A DNA stretch of 64,000 bases from an uncultured Acidobacteriaceae bacterium (lineage in GTDB: Bacteria > Acidobacteriota > Terriglobia > Terriglobales > Acidobacteriaceae), in the NCBI GenBank assembly GCA_963758545.1, contig CAVWVY010000001.1:110141-174140 (forward strand), read 5' to 3'. The notes under the pieces were generated by a model. The model was not told the DNA's origin. It saw nothing but the letters and a program-made list of their open reading frames with translations, and ran no database searches. This document shows, one piece after another, positions 33,720 through 43,834 of this stretch (position 1 is the first letter of the stretch; each line of letters begins with the position of its first letter). The position numbers were made by a program, and so were the translations under genes.

Positions 33720-34110
33720 TTATTCGTATCTCAAGGCGACCATAGGGTCCACGCGCGAGGCACGGCGCGCCGGGAGATATCCGGCAAGCGCCGCGATCAG
33801 CAGCATGACGGTGACGGCGGCCAGCAGGCTTGCGGCGTCGGTGGCGCGGAGGCCGAAGAGCATGCTGGCCACCAGCCTGCTCGAGAGCAAAGCGGCAGGC
33901 ACGCCGATGGCGATGCCGGCCGCGACCAGGATGAGCACTTCCCGCATGACCAGCCAGCGGACGTGCGTGCGCTCCGCGCCCAAGGCCATGCGGATGCCGA
34001 TTTCGTTGGTGCGGCGACTCACCACGTAGGACATGAGGCCGTAGATGCCGATGGCGGAGAGAAATATTGCTAGCAGCCCGAAGAAGGTAGAGAGCTGTGC
34101 GATGACACGC
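33720..34110. repeat. Near-identical 3' tract shared with 36467..36857
   Basis: About 390 bp align without gaps. Identity is roughly 90-95% by eye, clearly higher than the rest of the paralog pair. Confidence 0.6.
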
Positions 34111-36456
34111 TCTCCGGTGTAGGAGCGCGCCACTTGTTCCTCCAGTGTGGTCACGCGGGAAATCGGCAGGTTGGGGTCAGCTTCATGGATGACGTGCCGC
34201 ACTGCCGCCGCAACGGCGCTGAAGTCGCCGGTGTAACGCGCTTCGAAATCATTCAGGTAGCCATCGCCCTGCGCGGCCGGCAGATAGTCCACCATCCACT
34301 GGCTCGAATCACCGTTGAGACTGCCAAACTTTATATCCTTCACGACGCCGATGACTTCAAGGTCATTTGCACTTTTGGGGTCTCCCATACCGTAGTGACG
34401 GCCGATCGGAGAGCCTGGGGGAAACAACGTGCGCGCCATCCGTTCGCTGATGATGGCGACCTTTTGCGAGGTCGGGGTGTCCTGCGGGCCAAAGGTGCGG
34501 CCGACGAGCAAGGGTATCTGCATGGTCGCGAAGTAGCCGTTGCCGACAGTATTGTGCTTCACGTTGTCGTTCGGATTCGTGTGATAGCCGGCGACGAATA
34601 TCCTGCTGTTCCAACTGCCTTCACCGACACCGAAGGTGAACGCGGAGAAGCTGGCTGCGCGCACGCCGGGTAGAGCGCTGACCTGCGACTCGATCTGCGG
34701 GTAGAGGGTCCGGAGCCGCGGATCATCCGCTTTGTATCCTGCCGAACTCACGTCGAGGTTCAGCCGGAGCACGTTTTCTTTGTTGAAACCAGTATCGACA
34801 CGCGTGAGGTTGACAAGGCTGCGCAGAAAAAGCCCCGCGACCATCACCAGCACCACGGAGAATGCCACCTGCGAGATGATGAGAGTCCTGGCCACCGGGC
34901 TGTGAGTGCTTCCGCTTGCCGGCCCGGGTCCGTTTTTCAGCGACTCAGTGAACTCGAGCCTGGTCGCACGGAATGCCGGGATGGTTCCGAACAGCAGGGC
35001 GGTGGCGAGCGTAATCGATGCGGTGAAGAGCAGCATGCGCGTATCGAGCGAGAGATTGAGCGGGATAGTTTCGGGCCCGGTCGAAACCATGCGCAGAAGG
35101 AGACGGCTGGCTGCTGCGGCAAAGGCCACGCCCAGCGCCCCGCCGGCTACGGCAAGCATCAGGCTTTCTGTGAGCAATTGCCGGACAAGCCGCTTGCGCT
35201 GCGCGCCGAGCGCCTGCCGCACAGCGAATTCCCGCGCACGCGCCGTGGAGCGTGCGAGCAGCAGATTGGCGATGTTGGCGCACGCAATCAGCAGGACCAG
35301 GCCGACGATTGCCATCAGGATCTTCAGCGAGTCAGAAGATTGGGCGCGGAGATGGGAGAGCCCTTTGGCCATGGATGTTAGCTGGACGTGCGCCCGCTTT
35401 AGAGTTTCCTGATCCTTTTGGCTTAGGAAAGCCGCCAGCGAAACTAGGGAGTATCTGCTGGAAGAGCAGGTTCACGTTGGCACTGGCCTCTGTCATGCCC
35501 ACGCCGGGCTTCAAGCCGTCCGAAGATCTCCAGACATTCGGAGAAGTTGTCGGTGTAGCTGCCCCAGTGAGGCGGGACTGCCTTCATCATCGAAAGGGGA
35601 ATCCAGATGTCCGGCGATTCACCCACCTTCGTGCCGAAGAACTCAGGCGGGGCAACACCGATGATGCTGTAGATGGTCGAGCCGATTTTCAGTTTCTTAC
35701 TCAGAACCTCCGGATCCCGCCCGAGGCTTCGTTTCCACCATGCATAACTGGCAATGGCTACCGGATTGCCGCCTTCAATCCGATCATCTTCCTCGGTGAG
35801 GGTGCGGCCGCGCATCGGCCTGCACGCCCAGAGTCGAAAAATACGTGCCGGAGACCAGTTGCACTTGCATCGGCTCGGTCTCGTTGCGTCCTTCAACCGA
35901 GCCATGGACGTCATTGGGCATGCTGAGGAATGCGGCTGCATCGGAGAAGACCTGGTTTCGCTGCCGCATCTGGCGATAGAAGGGATACGAAAAGAGGTCG
36001 GTGCGGCCGAAGGAGTCCGTGATGCCCCAGGCGTCTCCTGTTCCCAGCAGCACGAGCTTTCCTGGATCTTCGACTGGCAATGAGCGCAGCATGACGGCGT
36101 TCATCAGGCTGAAGATGGCGGTGTTCGCGCCGATGCCGAGCGCGAGCGAAAGCAGCGCTACGAGCGTGATGCCAGGCGAGCGCAGCATGGCGCGCAGGCC
36201 GTACAGGATGTCCTGCGCGAGGGTTTCAAGCCAACTCCATCCCCATGCGGTGTAGCTCTGCTCGCGCAGGAGTGTGGGGTTGCCGAAGCGACGGCGTGCC
36301 GCTGCTGCGGCATCGTTAGGCGCCACTCCTGCATCGACGTAACTGTTGTCGGCGCAGGTCGAGATGCAGTTGCATTTCTTCGGCAAGCTCGCTGGCGGTC
36401 TGCTGACGATGAACGAACATGCGAATGCGGCGCGCAAGTTCTTTGACCCAATCCAT
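33720..36456 (-). pseudogene. ADOP-family (acidobacterial duplicated orphan permease) MacB-like/FtsX permease, copy A, at least four frame disruptions
   Basis: MDWVKELARRIRMFVHRQQTASELAEEMQLHLDLRRQQ (ATG 36456, GGAGCAGGAAG upstream). Then GVAPNDAAAAARRRFGNPTLLREQSYTAWGW...LRSPGITLVALLSLALGIGANTAIF (ORF 35784..36884). Then PVAIASYAWWKRSLGRDPEVL...GESPDIWIPLSMM (ORF 35444..35941). Then RLKPGVGMTEASANVNLLFQQIL (ORF 35332..35514). The rest is in ORF 33720..35372 and ends RRASRVDPMVALRYE. Confidence 0.85.
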
Positions 36457-36466
36457 CTTCCTGCTC

Positions 36467-36857
36467 CTATTCGTATCGCAAGGCGACCATGGGATCGACG
36501 CGTGAGGCGCGGCGCGCCGGGAGATATCCGGCAAGCGCTGCGATCAGCAGCATGACAGCGACGGCGGCAAGCAGGCTTGCGGCGTCGGTTGCGCGGAGGC
36601 CGAAGAGCATGCTGGCCACCAGCCTGCTCGAGAGCAAAGCCGCAGGCACGCCGATGGCGATGCCGGCCGCGACCAGGATGAGCACTTCCCGCATGACCAG
36701 CCAGCGGACGTGCATGCGCTCCGCGCCCAGGGCCATGCGGATGCCGATCTCGTTGGTGCGGCGGCTGACGACGTAGGACATCAGGCCGTAGATGCCGATG
36801 GCGGAGAGAAATATTGCGAGCAGCCCGAAGAAGGTGGAGAGCTGCGCGATGACGCGC
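36467..36857. repeat. Near-identical 3' tract shared with 33720..34110
   Basis: See the partner entry. The encoded tails differ at only 2 of the last 97 residues. Confidence 0.6.
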
Positions 36858-39178
36858 TCGTCGGTGATGGAGCGGGCGACCCATTCGTCCAGCGTGGTCA
36901 CGTCTGTGATGGGGAGGGTGTGGTCGATCTCGTGGATGGTTCGCTGAACTGCGGACGATACGTTGCTGAAGTCGCCGGTGTAACGCACCACGAGGTCGCC
37001 GAGGTACATGGGGTGCTGGGTTGCGGGCACGTAGTCGAGCGTCTCTGGATCTTCCTGGAGGCTTCCGAACTTTACGTCTTTGACAACGCCGATGACTTCG
37101 GTTCCGTCTTTGTCCCCGAGGGAATAGTGCCGGCCGATGGGATTGCCCTTCGGAAACATCGTGCGCGCCATGCGCTCGCTGATGATGGCGACCTTCTGCG
37201 ACGTCGCGGTGTCCTGCGGGCCGAAGTCACGCCCTGCAAGCAGAGGAATATGCAAGGCGGAGAAGTATCCATTGGTGATGACGTTATGCTTTACGTCCAC
37301 GTCGGAGGGCTTTTCCGCGCCGGCCACTTGAACACTGCCGTTCCAACTGCCCTCATGGAAAACAAAGGAGGAGAAGCCAGCGCCGTGAACTCCCGGCAGC
37401 GCACTCGCTCTTTCCGTGATCTGCCGGTAAAGAGCGTAGATACGAGGTTCGTCGTCTTTATAGCCGGCTGAGCTTTCGTCCAGATGGACAAAGAGCACGT
37501 TCTGCTTGTCGAATCCCAGATCGACGTGCGTGAGATTGACTAGACTGCGCAGGAAGAGTCCTGCGGCGACGACGAGCAGAAGAGAAAAGGCAACCTGCGA
37601 GATGATAAGCGACTTTGCCAGCAATCCTTTACTGCGTACCGTTGCTGCACCCTGGCGGTCCTTGAGCGACTGTGTGAGTTCGAGGCGAGTCGCGCGCATT
37701 GCGGGGATTGTTCCAAAGAGCAGCGCTGTCACCAACGTGACCGCCAACGTGAAGAGAAGCATGCGGCTATCGATCGCGAGGCTAAGTGGTACTGTCTCTG
37801 GACCTCCAGAGACGAGGCGGAGAAGCAGCCTGCTCGCGGCCGCGGCAAAGGCCACGCCGAGCGCACCGCCGGCCAGCGCGAGCATCATGCTTTCGGTAAG
37901 CAGTTGCCGGACCAGGCGGCCGCGTCCTGCGCCGAGCGCCTGCCGCACGGCAAACTCGCGCGTGCGAGCCGTAGAGCGTGCCAACAGCAGGTTCGCGATA
38001 TTTGCGCAGGCGATCAGGAGCACCATTCCAGCGATGCCCATCAAAATCTTCAGAGGGTCGGAGAACTGCCGACGCAGGCCGGAGAGTCCAGTTGCCATCG
38101 GGGTAAGAGGGACGTGTGCCTGTTTCAACGCCTTGGCGTCGTCCTGGCTGAGAGAGCCGCGAAACTGGCGCAGGATCTGCTGAAAGAGCAGATTCACATT
38201 TGTTGTGGCCTGGGCCATACTGACACCCGGCTTGAGCCGGCCCAGGATGTACAGCGATTCCGCGAAATTGTCTGAGTAGGCGCCTTTGAAATGAGGCGGG
38301 ATCTGCTCCACCATGGACATCGGAATCCAGATGTCCGGAGACTCGCCCACCGTTGTTCCGAAAAATTCAGGAGGAGCTACGCCGACGATGCTGTAGGTCG
38401 TGTCTCCGATTTTCAGCGTGCGATTGAGCACATTGGGATCGCGCGCCAGGTCTTTTTTCCACCATGAGTCGCTGATGACGGCGACCGGATGATCGCCCTT
38501 TGTGCTGTCGTCTTCGTCGGTGAGCGCGCGGCCCATCATGGCCTGCACGCCCAGCGTAGAGAAGTAAGTGCCCGAGACGAGTTGCACATGCATCGGCTCG
38601 GCCTGGTTGCGACCCGACACGGTGCCGTGGATGTCGCTTGACATACTGAAGATCGCGGCTGTCTGGGAGAAGACCTGGTTGCGCTTCTGCAATTCGCGAT
38701 AGAACGGATAGGAGTAAAGCTGGGTTGCGCCAAATTCGTCGGTGATTCCGTTGGAATTTGCCTCGCCGAGGAGCACGAGCTGCTCCGGGTTTTTCACCGG
38801 AAGCGAGCGCAACATGACCGCGTCCATCAGGCTGAAGATGGCGGTGTTGGCGCCGATGCCGAGTGCGAGCGAGAGGAGCGCTACGAGGGTGATGCCGGGC
38901 GAGCGCAGCATGGCGCGGACGCCGTAGATAATGTCTTGCAGCAGGGTTTCGAGCCAGTTCCATCCCCATGCGGTGTAGCTCCGCTCGCGCAGCAGTGTGG
39001 GATTGCCAAAGCGTCGATGTGCTGCCGTGGCGGCATCGTGGGGCGCGACACCAGCATCGACCTGCTGCTGCCGGCGCAGGTCCAGGTGCAATTGCATCTC
39101 GTCTTCGAGATCGTTGGCAACGTGCTCCCGGCGCAGCAACATGCCGAAGCGTCTTCCCCATTCCCCGAGCCAGCTCAT
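36467..39178 (-). CDS. ADOP-family MacB-like/FtsX permease, copy B (intact, 903 aa)
   Basis: Collinear with copy A throughout. Two MacB_PCD/FtsX halves (LLIACANIANLLLARSTARTREFAVRQALGA... and ...YVVSRRTNEIGIRMALGA...). The stop is 10 nt before the copy A ATG. Confidence 0.9.
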   Translation of the reverse strand: MSWLGEWGRRFGMLLRREHVANDLEDEMQLHLDLRRQQQVDAGVAPHDAATAAHRRFGNPTLLRERSYTAWGWNWLETLLQDIIYGVRAMLRSPGITLVALLSLALGIGANTAIFSLMDAVMLRSLPVKNPEQLVLLGEANSNGITDEFGATQLYSYPFYRELQKRNQVFSQTAAIFSMSSDIHGTVSGRNQAEPMHVQLVSGTYFSTLGVQAMMGRALTDEDDSTKGDHPVAVISDSWWKKDLARDPNVLNRTLKIGDTTYSIVGVAPPEFFGTTVGESPDIWIPMSMVEQIPPHFKGAYSDNFAESLYILGRLKPGVSMAQATTNVNLLFQQILRQFRGSLSQDDAKALKQAHVPLTPMATGLSGLRRQFSDPLKILMGIAGMVLLIACANIANLLLARSTARTREFAVRQALGAGRGRLVRQLLTESMMLALAGGALGVAFAAAASRLLLRLVSGGPETVPLSLAIDSRMLLFTLAVTLVTALLFGTIPAMRATRLELTQSLKDRQGAATVRSKGLLAKSLIISQVAFSLLLVVAAGLFLRSLVNLTHVDLGFDKQNVLFVHLDESSAGYKDDEPRIYALYRQITERASALPGVHGAGFSSFVFHEGSWNGSVQVAGAEKPSDVDVKHNVITNGYFSALHIPLLAGRDFGPQDTATSQKVAIISERMARTMFPKGNPIGRHYSLGDKDGTEVIGVVKDVKFGSLQEDPETLDYVPATQHPMYLGDLVVRYTGDFSNVSSAVQRTIHEIDHTLPITDVTTLDEWVARSITDERVIAQLSTFFGLLAIFLSAIGIYGLMSYVVSRRTNEIGIRMALGAERMHVRWLVMREVLILVAAGIAIGVPAALLSSRLVASMLFGLRATDAASLLAAVAVMLLIAALAGYLPARRASRVDPMVALRYE

Positions 39179-39195
39179 GGCGAGCCTCCTCTTCG

Positions 39196-39552
39196 TTACG
39201 CGGTCTGAATCACGCGCGCGATCGCGCCCATGACGCGCTGAAACTGCGAAATCTCGATGGCGAGCTGTTTGCGGCCCGCAGCGGTGAGCTGGTAGTAGCG
39301 GGCGCGCCGGTTGCCGGCGGTGGTGCCCCAGCGCGCCGTAACCCAGCCCTTGATGAGCATCCGCTGCAGTGCCGGATAGAGCGAGCCTTCTTCAACCTGC
39401 AGCACATCTTCGGAGGTCTGCTGGATTGCATTGGCGATCTCAAAGCCATGCAGCTCGCCGTGGCGGGCGATGGTCTTCAGGATGAGCAGGTAGAGGGTGC
39501 CGGGGGGAATTTCGTCACGATCAGAAGGCATTCGCGTCTCCGTTGTTTGCAT
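39196..39552 (-). CDS. PadR family transcriptional regulator
   Basis: GTLYLLILKTIARHGELHGFEIANAIQQTSEDVLQVEEGSLYPALQRMLIKGWVTARWG...RRARYYQLTAAGRKQL. Start taken at ATG 39552. The stop is 17 nt before ADOP-B. Confidence 0.88.
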   Translation of the reverse strand: MQTTETRMPSDRDEIPPGTLYLLILKTIARHGELHGFEIANAIQQTSEDVLQVEEGSLYPALQRMLIKGWVTARWGTTAGNRRARYYQLTAAGRKQLAIEISQFQRVMGAIARVIQTA

Positions 39553-39778
39553 AGCTTGTCTACGTAGACAGCCTATGCAACTATCGGCGGAGACGGCAAC
39601 ATTGTCAAGCCGGCGCAAGGGATTTCGAGGACTACAGCGGTGCTGTCGTCCGTCTCTGCGGAGATCCAGCGGGAGGCGTGGCTCCTCCCGGAGCGTCGCC
39701 GGCTTCTTGTCGGGGGCTGAGTTGTCCTTGATCGAGCGGATCCAGGCGATAGAGTCTGCGGAGGTCGCCTGCCCTAAA

Positions 39779-40519
39779 TCAGCTTTGTCTCTTCAGCGAA
39801 TATTTGATCAGGCAATACATCGCTCGGAATCCATCTTTCCAACCGATCTTCTTGCCTTCTTCGTAGGTACGGCCCCAGTAACTGATTCCCACCTCGTAAA
39901 TCCTCAGTTTCCGGCGCGCGACCTTCACCGTAATTTCCGGCTCGAACCCAAACCGGTCCTCCTCAATCGGAATTGACTGGATGACCTCCCGGCGAAACAT
40001 CTTGTAACAGGTCTCCATGTCGGTGAGGTTTATGTTCGTTAAACAATTCGAGGACAGAGTGAGCACCCAGTTGCCAACCCAGTGCCAAAAATACAGGACC
40101 CTGTGCGGCGCGCCTCCCAAAAAGCGCGAACCATAGACGACATCCGCTTTACCCGCGCGAAGAGGCTCAAGGAGTTGATGAAAATCTGCGGGGTCATATT
40201 CAAGGTCCGCGTCCTGCACGACAACAAAATCTCCAGTTGCCTCTGAGATGGCACGGCGCAGCGCGGCTCCCTTGCCCATGTTGCGCGGCTGAAGAAAAAC
40301 GCGCAGCTTCGGATAAGTACCCTCAAGCTCTCTCAAAATCTCAACTGAGCCGTCGCGTGATCCGTCATCGACGCAAAGCAGCTCGATTTCCAGCGGCAAC
40401 GCAAGAACCCGCTCGATCACTTCCCGTAGCGTTGCGCGCTCGTTGTAAACGGGCATAACGACAGACAGCTTCACCTGAGATTCCTTTATATCTGCTGCCT
40501 GCACAGACCGGTTTGCCAT
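39779..40519 (-). CDS. GT2 glycosyltransferase, polyprenol-phosphate sugar synthase type (DPM1/ArnC/GtrB-like)
   Basis: LSVVMPVYNERATLREVIERVL...LLCVDDGSRDGS...NMGKGAALRRAI...VVVQDADLEYDPADF...DVVYGSRFL. Confidence 0.85.
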   Translation of the reverse strand: MANRSVQAADIKESQVKLSVVMPVYNERATLREVIERVLALPLEIELLCVDDGSRDGSVEILRELEGTYPKLRVFLQPRNMGKGAALRRAISEATGDFVVVQDADLEYDPADFHQLLEPLRAGKADVVYGSRFLGGAPHRVLYFWHWVGNWVLTLSSNCLTNINLTDMETCYKMFRREVIQSIPIEEDRFGFEPEITVKVARRKLRIYEVGISYWGRTYEEGKKIGWKDGFRAMYCLIKYSLKRQS

Positions 40520-40747
40520 AGCGCGATCTTGTCTATCCCTGTCTGCTCAAGAGTTTATCCATCTCATTTCCGAGGCGGACCATCTTTCGCACAGAAAAAG
40601 TCGTCGGCCACCGATGACTGAAACTAACACGAAAATCATCTCCGACTCGACGAGATGACTCCCTAGCAAAACAACGCCAAAGCCTCAGAGCGGGCGGAGT
40701 AGCAGGACATTAAAGGCAGCGTCTCGCAGAGAGGTGTTCGCTCACAG

Positions 40748-42262
40748 TTAGTGAGTATCACCGGGGTTCAGTCTGTCCTGCGTGAGGTCTGCCCTCACCG
40801 CGTTGCCAATCGGAACTACCAGATATATGAGAATCAGCAATCCTAGAACCGGAATCCACCGCAGTGCCGGCTTGTTGAATTGTCGGGCGCTGAGTTCCGT
40901 CCAGAGATTCAATCCGCGAAAGGTCCGGTATCTCTCTAAATTCAGTTTCCGCTCGCCCGGAACACCTAATTCAGAGAGCCGATATAGCTCATTATGTAAA
41001 ACCAGCTTGTGTTTCAGGAGTCTATAGGCCGCGACGTAGTCTGGGGGCGCTACAGCCTGCTCCGCCGGGGTCAGCATTGCTTGCTTGATCTGGTGGATTT
41101 CCTGATCTTTGACCAGGACGCCCGGTATCTGCAGTATTATCGCGATTAACGTAACCAAGGCAAAGATATAAAGGCGCCGTCTGGATGACACCTTCTGAAG
41201 CAGGAACGCGCCCGGTAATAACCACAGTGGGATAGTGGGAACAAGTAGACGAGGCCCCCATGACCAGCCACCGTACCATGACCACCATGAGGCGCTCCAG
41301 ATCAAATTCTCGACGATTAATGCCAGGCAAAGGGTGGCCTCTGCACGGTGTCGTTCGAAGAAATCTTTCCAGCCCAACACACCAAGAATAAGTAATGGGC
41401 AAAAGATAAACAGCCCTTTGTTGAGTGAACCCAGTAGTTGCGGGACGGTATGCCACAACTGTGACGGAAAGAACTGCCCGGATTCGCTTCCGTACCCGGA
41501 CTCCAATGGACTACCAAATCGGACGACATTCAGCCATGCGAGAAAACAGCAGGCCACAACGAGGGGAAATGTAAATGAAGCCAAGATTTTTAATCGATGC
41601 CACAAACCCCCTGGCTGCGTAAATAAGTAGATTGCGAAAACAGGGAAAAATACGACGTAAATGAGCTTTACGAGAACCAACCAAGCGAAAGCCACCCCTC
41701 CCGCAATCAAAGCTGCGTAACTCCGCCGCACCACGCTGTATACAGCGAGCATCAACAGCCCCATTTGCATAGCCTCGCTGCAATCAGAGACGGCATATGG
41801 CCAGGTCAGGCTGCCGAGGCCGAGCCCCACAAGCAAGAGATCAACGTGTATTTCCGCAATGCCAAATAGTCGAAGGAGCTTGGCAAAGAAGACCAATGTA
41901 AGTAAGGCGAATGGAATATTTGAGAAAGAAATAAGGAACCAGGTCAGTTCCGGGTTAGGCAGCCCCGTCATCCTAGATAAAGGTCTGGCGACGGCAACGA
42001 TCGGAATATAGTAAAGGGGAAGACCAATTCCGTACTTCGAATAGCTTCGGCCATCCCGCCATGTCAGGGTTCCTCCTGCACCATAGGGGATATCGAGTTG
42101 CCCGCGCTCGACGATCGCTTCTGCTGTTTGTACGGAGAACGACGTGTCAGAAACCTGAAGGTAGCCTTTCGCTGAGAACACGTAAATTACCAGGCACAGC
42201 AAAAGCAGTTGCCAGAGCGTTCGATTTCGCCGATAAAACGGCGACGCTTGTTCAATCACCAT
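40748..42262 (-). CDS. Polytopic membrane protein, probable GT-C fold glycosyltransferase (ArnT/PMT/GtrC-like)
   Basis: 504 aa with more than 10 hydrophobic segments and an Asp-containing first loop (YLQVSDTSFSVQTAEAIV). Sits directly upstream of a polyprenol-P-sugar synthase-type GT2. Family assignment is an inference. Confidence 0.55.
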   Translation of the reverse strand: MVIEQASPFYRRNRTLWQLLLLCLVIYVFSAKGYLQVSDTSFSVQTAEAIVERGQLDIPYGAGGTLTWRDGRSYSKYGIGLPLYYIPIVAVARPLSRMTGLPNPELTWFLISFSNIPFALLTLVFFAKLLRLFGIAEIHVDLLLVGLGLGSLTWPYAVSDCSEAMQMGLLMLAVYSVVRRSYAALIAGGVAFAWLVLVKLIYVVFFPVFAIYLFTQPGGLWHRLKILASFTFPLVVACCFLAWLNVVRFGSPLESGYGSESGQFFPSQLWHTVPQLLGSLNKGLFIFCPLLILGVLGWKDFFERHRAEATLCLALIVENLIWSASWWSWYGGWSWGPRLLVPTIPLWLLPGAFLLQKVSSRRRLYIFALVTLIAIILQIPGVLVKDQEIHQIKQAMLTPAEQAVAPPDYVAAYRLLKHKLVLHNELYRLSELGVPGERKLNLERYRTFRGLNLWTELSARQFNKPALRWIPVLGLLILIYLVVPIGNAVRADLTQDRLNPGDTH

Positions 42263-42407
42263 CGCTCTCCGTCAATTCGTCTGTCGTGCCCCAGATGCCA
42301 GCGTCAATGACATGTTCTCGCAAAACGCATAAGTGTCGCGTGATCATGTAGGGCTTATCAGGAATGCGGCGTCGCTTTGGATCGGAGCCTACCACAATAT
42401 TTTAAGG

Positions 42408-42516
42408 TTCAGAATGACTGTCCCGGCGCGCGCAGAGCGTGCTCGGCTCTGCTTCCCACGCAGGAGGTCGCAGGTTCAAGTCCTTTCCGCCCACAATCTG
42501 AAAATTTTCAGAATGA
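42408..42516. repeat. 10-bp direct repeat TTCAGAATGA (42408-42417 and 42507-42516) bracketing the tRNA-like fragment
   Basis: Exact 10-mer seen twice, 99 bp apart. Confidence 0.5.
42448..42494 (+). other. tRNA-Gly(CCC) 3' half (anticodon arm, variable loop, T arm, 3' acceptor strand) with no matching 5' half
   Basis: TCTGC-TTCCCAC-GCAGG (anticodon CCC), AGGTC, GCAGG-TTCAAGT-CCTTT (degenerate stem), CCGCCCA-C. No upstream TGGGCGG acceptor strand or D arm was found. Confidence 0.4.
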
Positions 42517-42594
42517 GCGGATTCAAGTGATCACCTTCCCCCCAGGCTGCGGTTAGTATGGCTACGCCTCCGGAGAGCGGAGGCTGAAGTTTGC

Positions 42595-43731
42595 GTGGAG
42601 GCGCATTGCTCGATGACTGGTTGGGGAAAAGCCGGACGGGACCGGGCGCGTGAGCGGCGATTCGAGGAGCATCGCACCACCGGTTTGCTCGGTGCCATGG
42701 TGGTTCTTGGAGTTGGCGCTGTTGCCTACACCGACTGGAGGGTTGTCGCCAATGTTTCATTGGGCTATCTCTATGTCTTCCCAATCGCGCTGAGCGGGCT
42801 GATCAATCCGCTGCCGATTACGGTCGCGCTGGCCGTGGCGTGCACGATTTTGCAGGATATCTTTGGACCGCCCGCTGACTCGCTCGATTTACGCATTGTT
42901 CACAACGTTATCGGGCTGGTCAGTTTTCTGGTGGTGGGATTTCTGGTGACGCTGATCGCCCGGCAACGCGATCGTCTGGCGACCGAGGTGCGGAAACAGC
43001 GAGATGCCTACGAACGCGATCTGGTGCTGGCGGCACAGGTGCAGCGGCGGGTTCTGCCGGAGCCGCCGACGCTGCCCGGCTTCGAACTGGCCGCGGTGAT
43101 GCATCCGGCGCGACTGCTGGGAGGCGACTACTACGACTTCTTCCAGATATCGGAGAACGTCGTGGATGTGGTGATCGCGGATGTCTCCGGCAAGGGAGCG
43201 GCAGCTTCTTTGCTGATGCCATCGCTTGCGCTGGCCCTGCGCACTCGTGCGCGGGAGTTGAGCGGACCGGCCGCGATCGTAAAGGACCTTGACGAGTCCC
43301 TGAAGCAGATTACGAATGGAGCGACATTCGTCACGATCTTCTATGCGCGTCTGCACGGAGCCGAACGAACCGTGGAATACGCAAGCGGAGGACACAATCC
43401 GCCGCTACTGGTACGAGCAAGGACCGGCGATTCCTCTCTGTTGGAGGAAGCGGGTCCCATTGTCGGAATTCTGCCGGAGGCGGAATTCTCCAACACCGTG
43501 GTTCCGCTGGAACGGGGCGATGTTCTGGCGCTATACACCGATGGAGTGACCGAACAGGAGAATGAACGAGGCGAGGAGTTTTCGGTGGAACGGTTGGAGA
43601 GTGTGGTTCTGAGCAAGCAGAAGGAATCCGCGAGCATCGCCGTCAACGAGATTGCGGATGCGGTTTCCGCCTATGCGGGAGGGCAGGAACAGGCGGACGA
43701 TCTTACGGTGGTGGTGGTGAAGGTGCTATAG
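42595..43731 (+). CDS. Membrane-anchored PP2C-family (SpoIIE/RsbU-like) serine phosphatase
   Basis: N-terminal TM segments, then LLGGDYYDFF...VVIADVSGKGAAASLLM...FYARLH...YASGGHNPPLL...LYTDGVTE...ADDLTVVVVKVL. Confidence 0.85.
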   Translation: MEAHCSMTGWGKAGRDRARERRFEEHRTTGLLGAMVVLGVGAVAYTDWRVVANVSLGYLYVFPIALSGLINPLPITVALAVACTILQDIFGPPADSLDLRIVHNVIGLVSFLVVGFLVTLIARQRDRLATEVRKQRDAYERDLVLAAQVQRRVLPEPPTLPGFELAAVMHPARLLGGDYYDFFQISENVVDVVIADVSGKGAAASLLMPSLALALRTRARELSGPAAIVKDLDESLKQITNGATFVTIFYARLHGAERTVEYASGGHNPPLLVRARTGDSSLLEEAGPIVGILPEAEFSNTVVPLERGDVLALYTDGVTEQENERGEEFSVERLESVVLSKQKESASIAVNEIADAVSAYAGGQEQADDLTVVVVKVL

Positions 43732-43781
43732 AGCGGCGGTCCGTCCAGATCGAATCTCGCTCGAAATATCCGGAACCTGGT

Positions 43782-43819
43782 GAGAAAAAGAGCAGGCCCG
43801 GCGAGTATCGCCGGGCCTG
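43782..43819 (-). terminator. Strong hairpin terminator after the TonB-dependent barrel gene
   Basis: CAGGCCCGGCGA-GTA-TCGCCGGGCCTG (12-bp stem). On the minus strand it is followed by CTCTTTTTCTC. Confidence 0.6.
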
Positions 43820-43834
43820 GGAGCTGCAGGGTTC

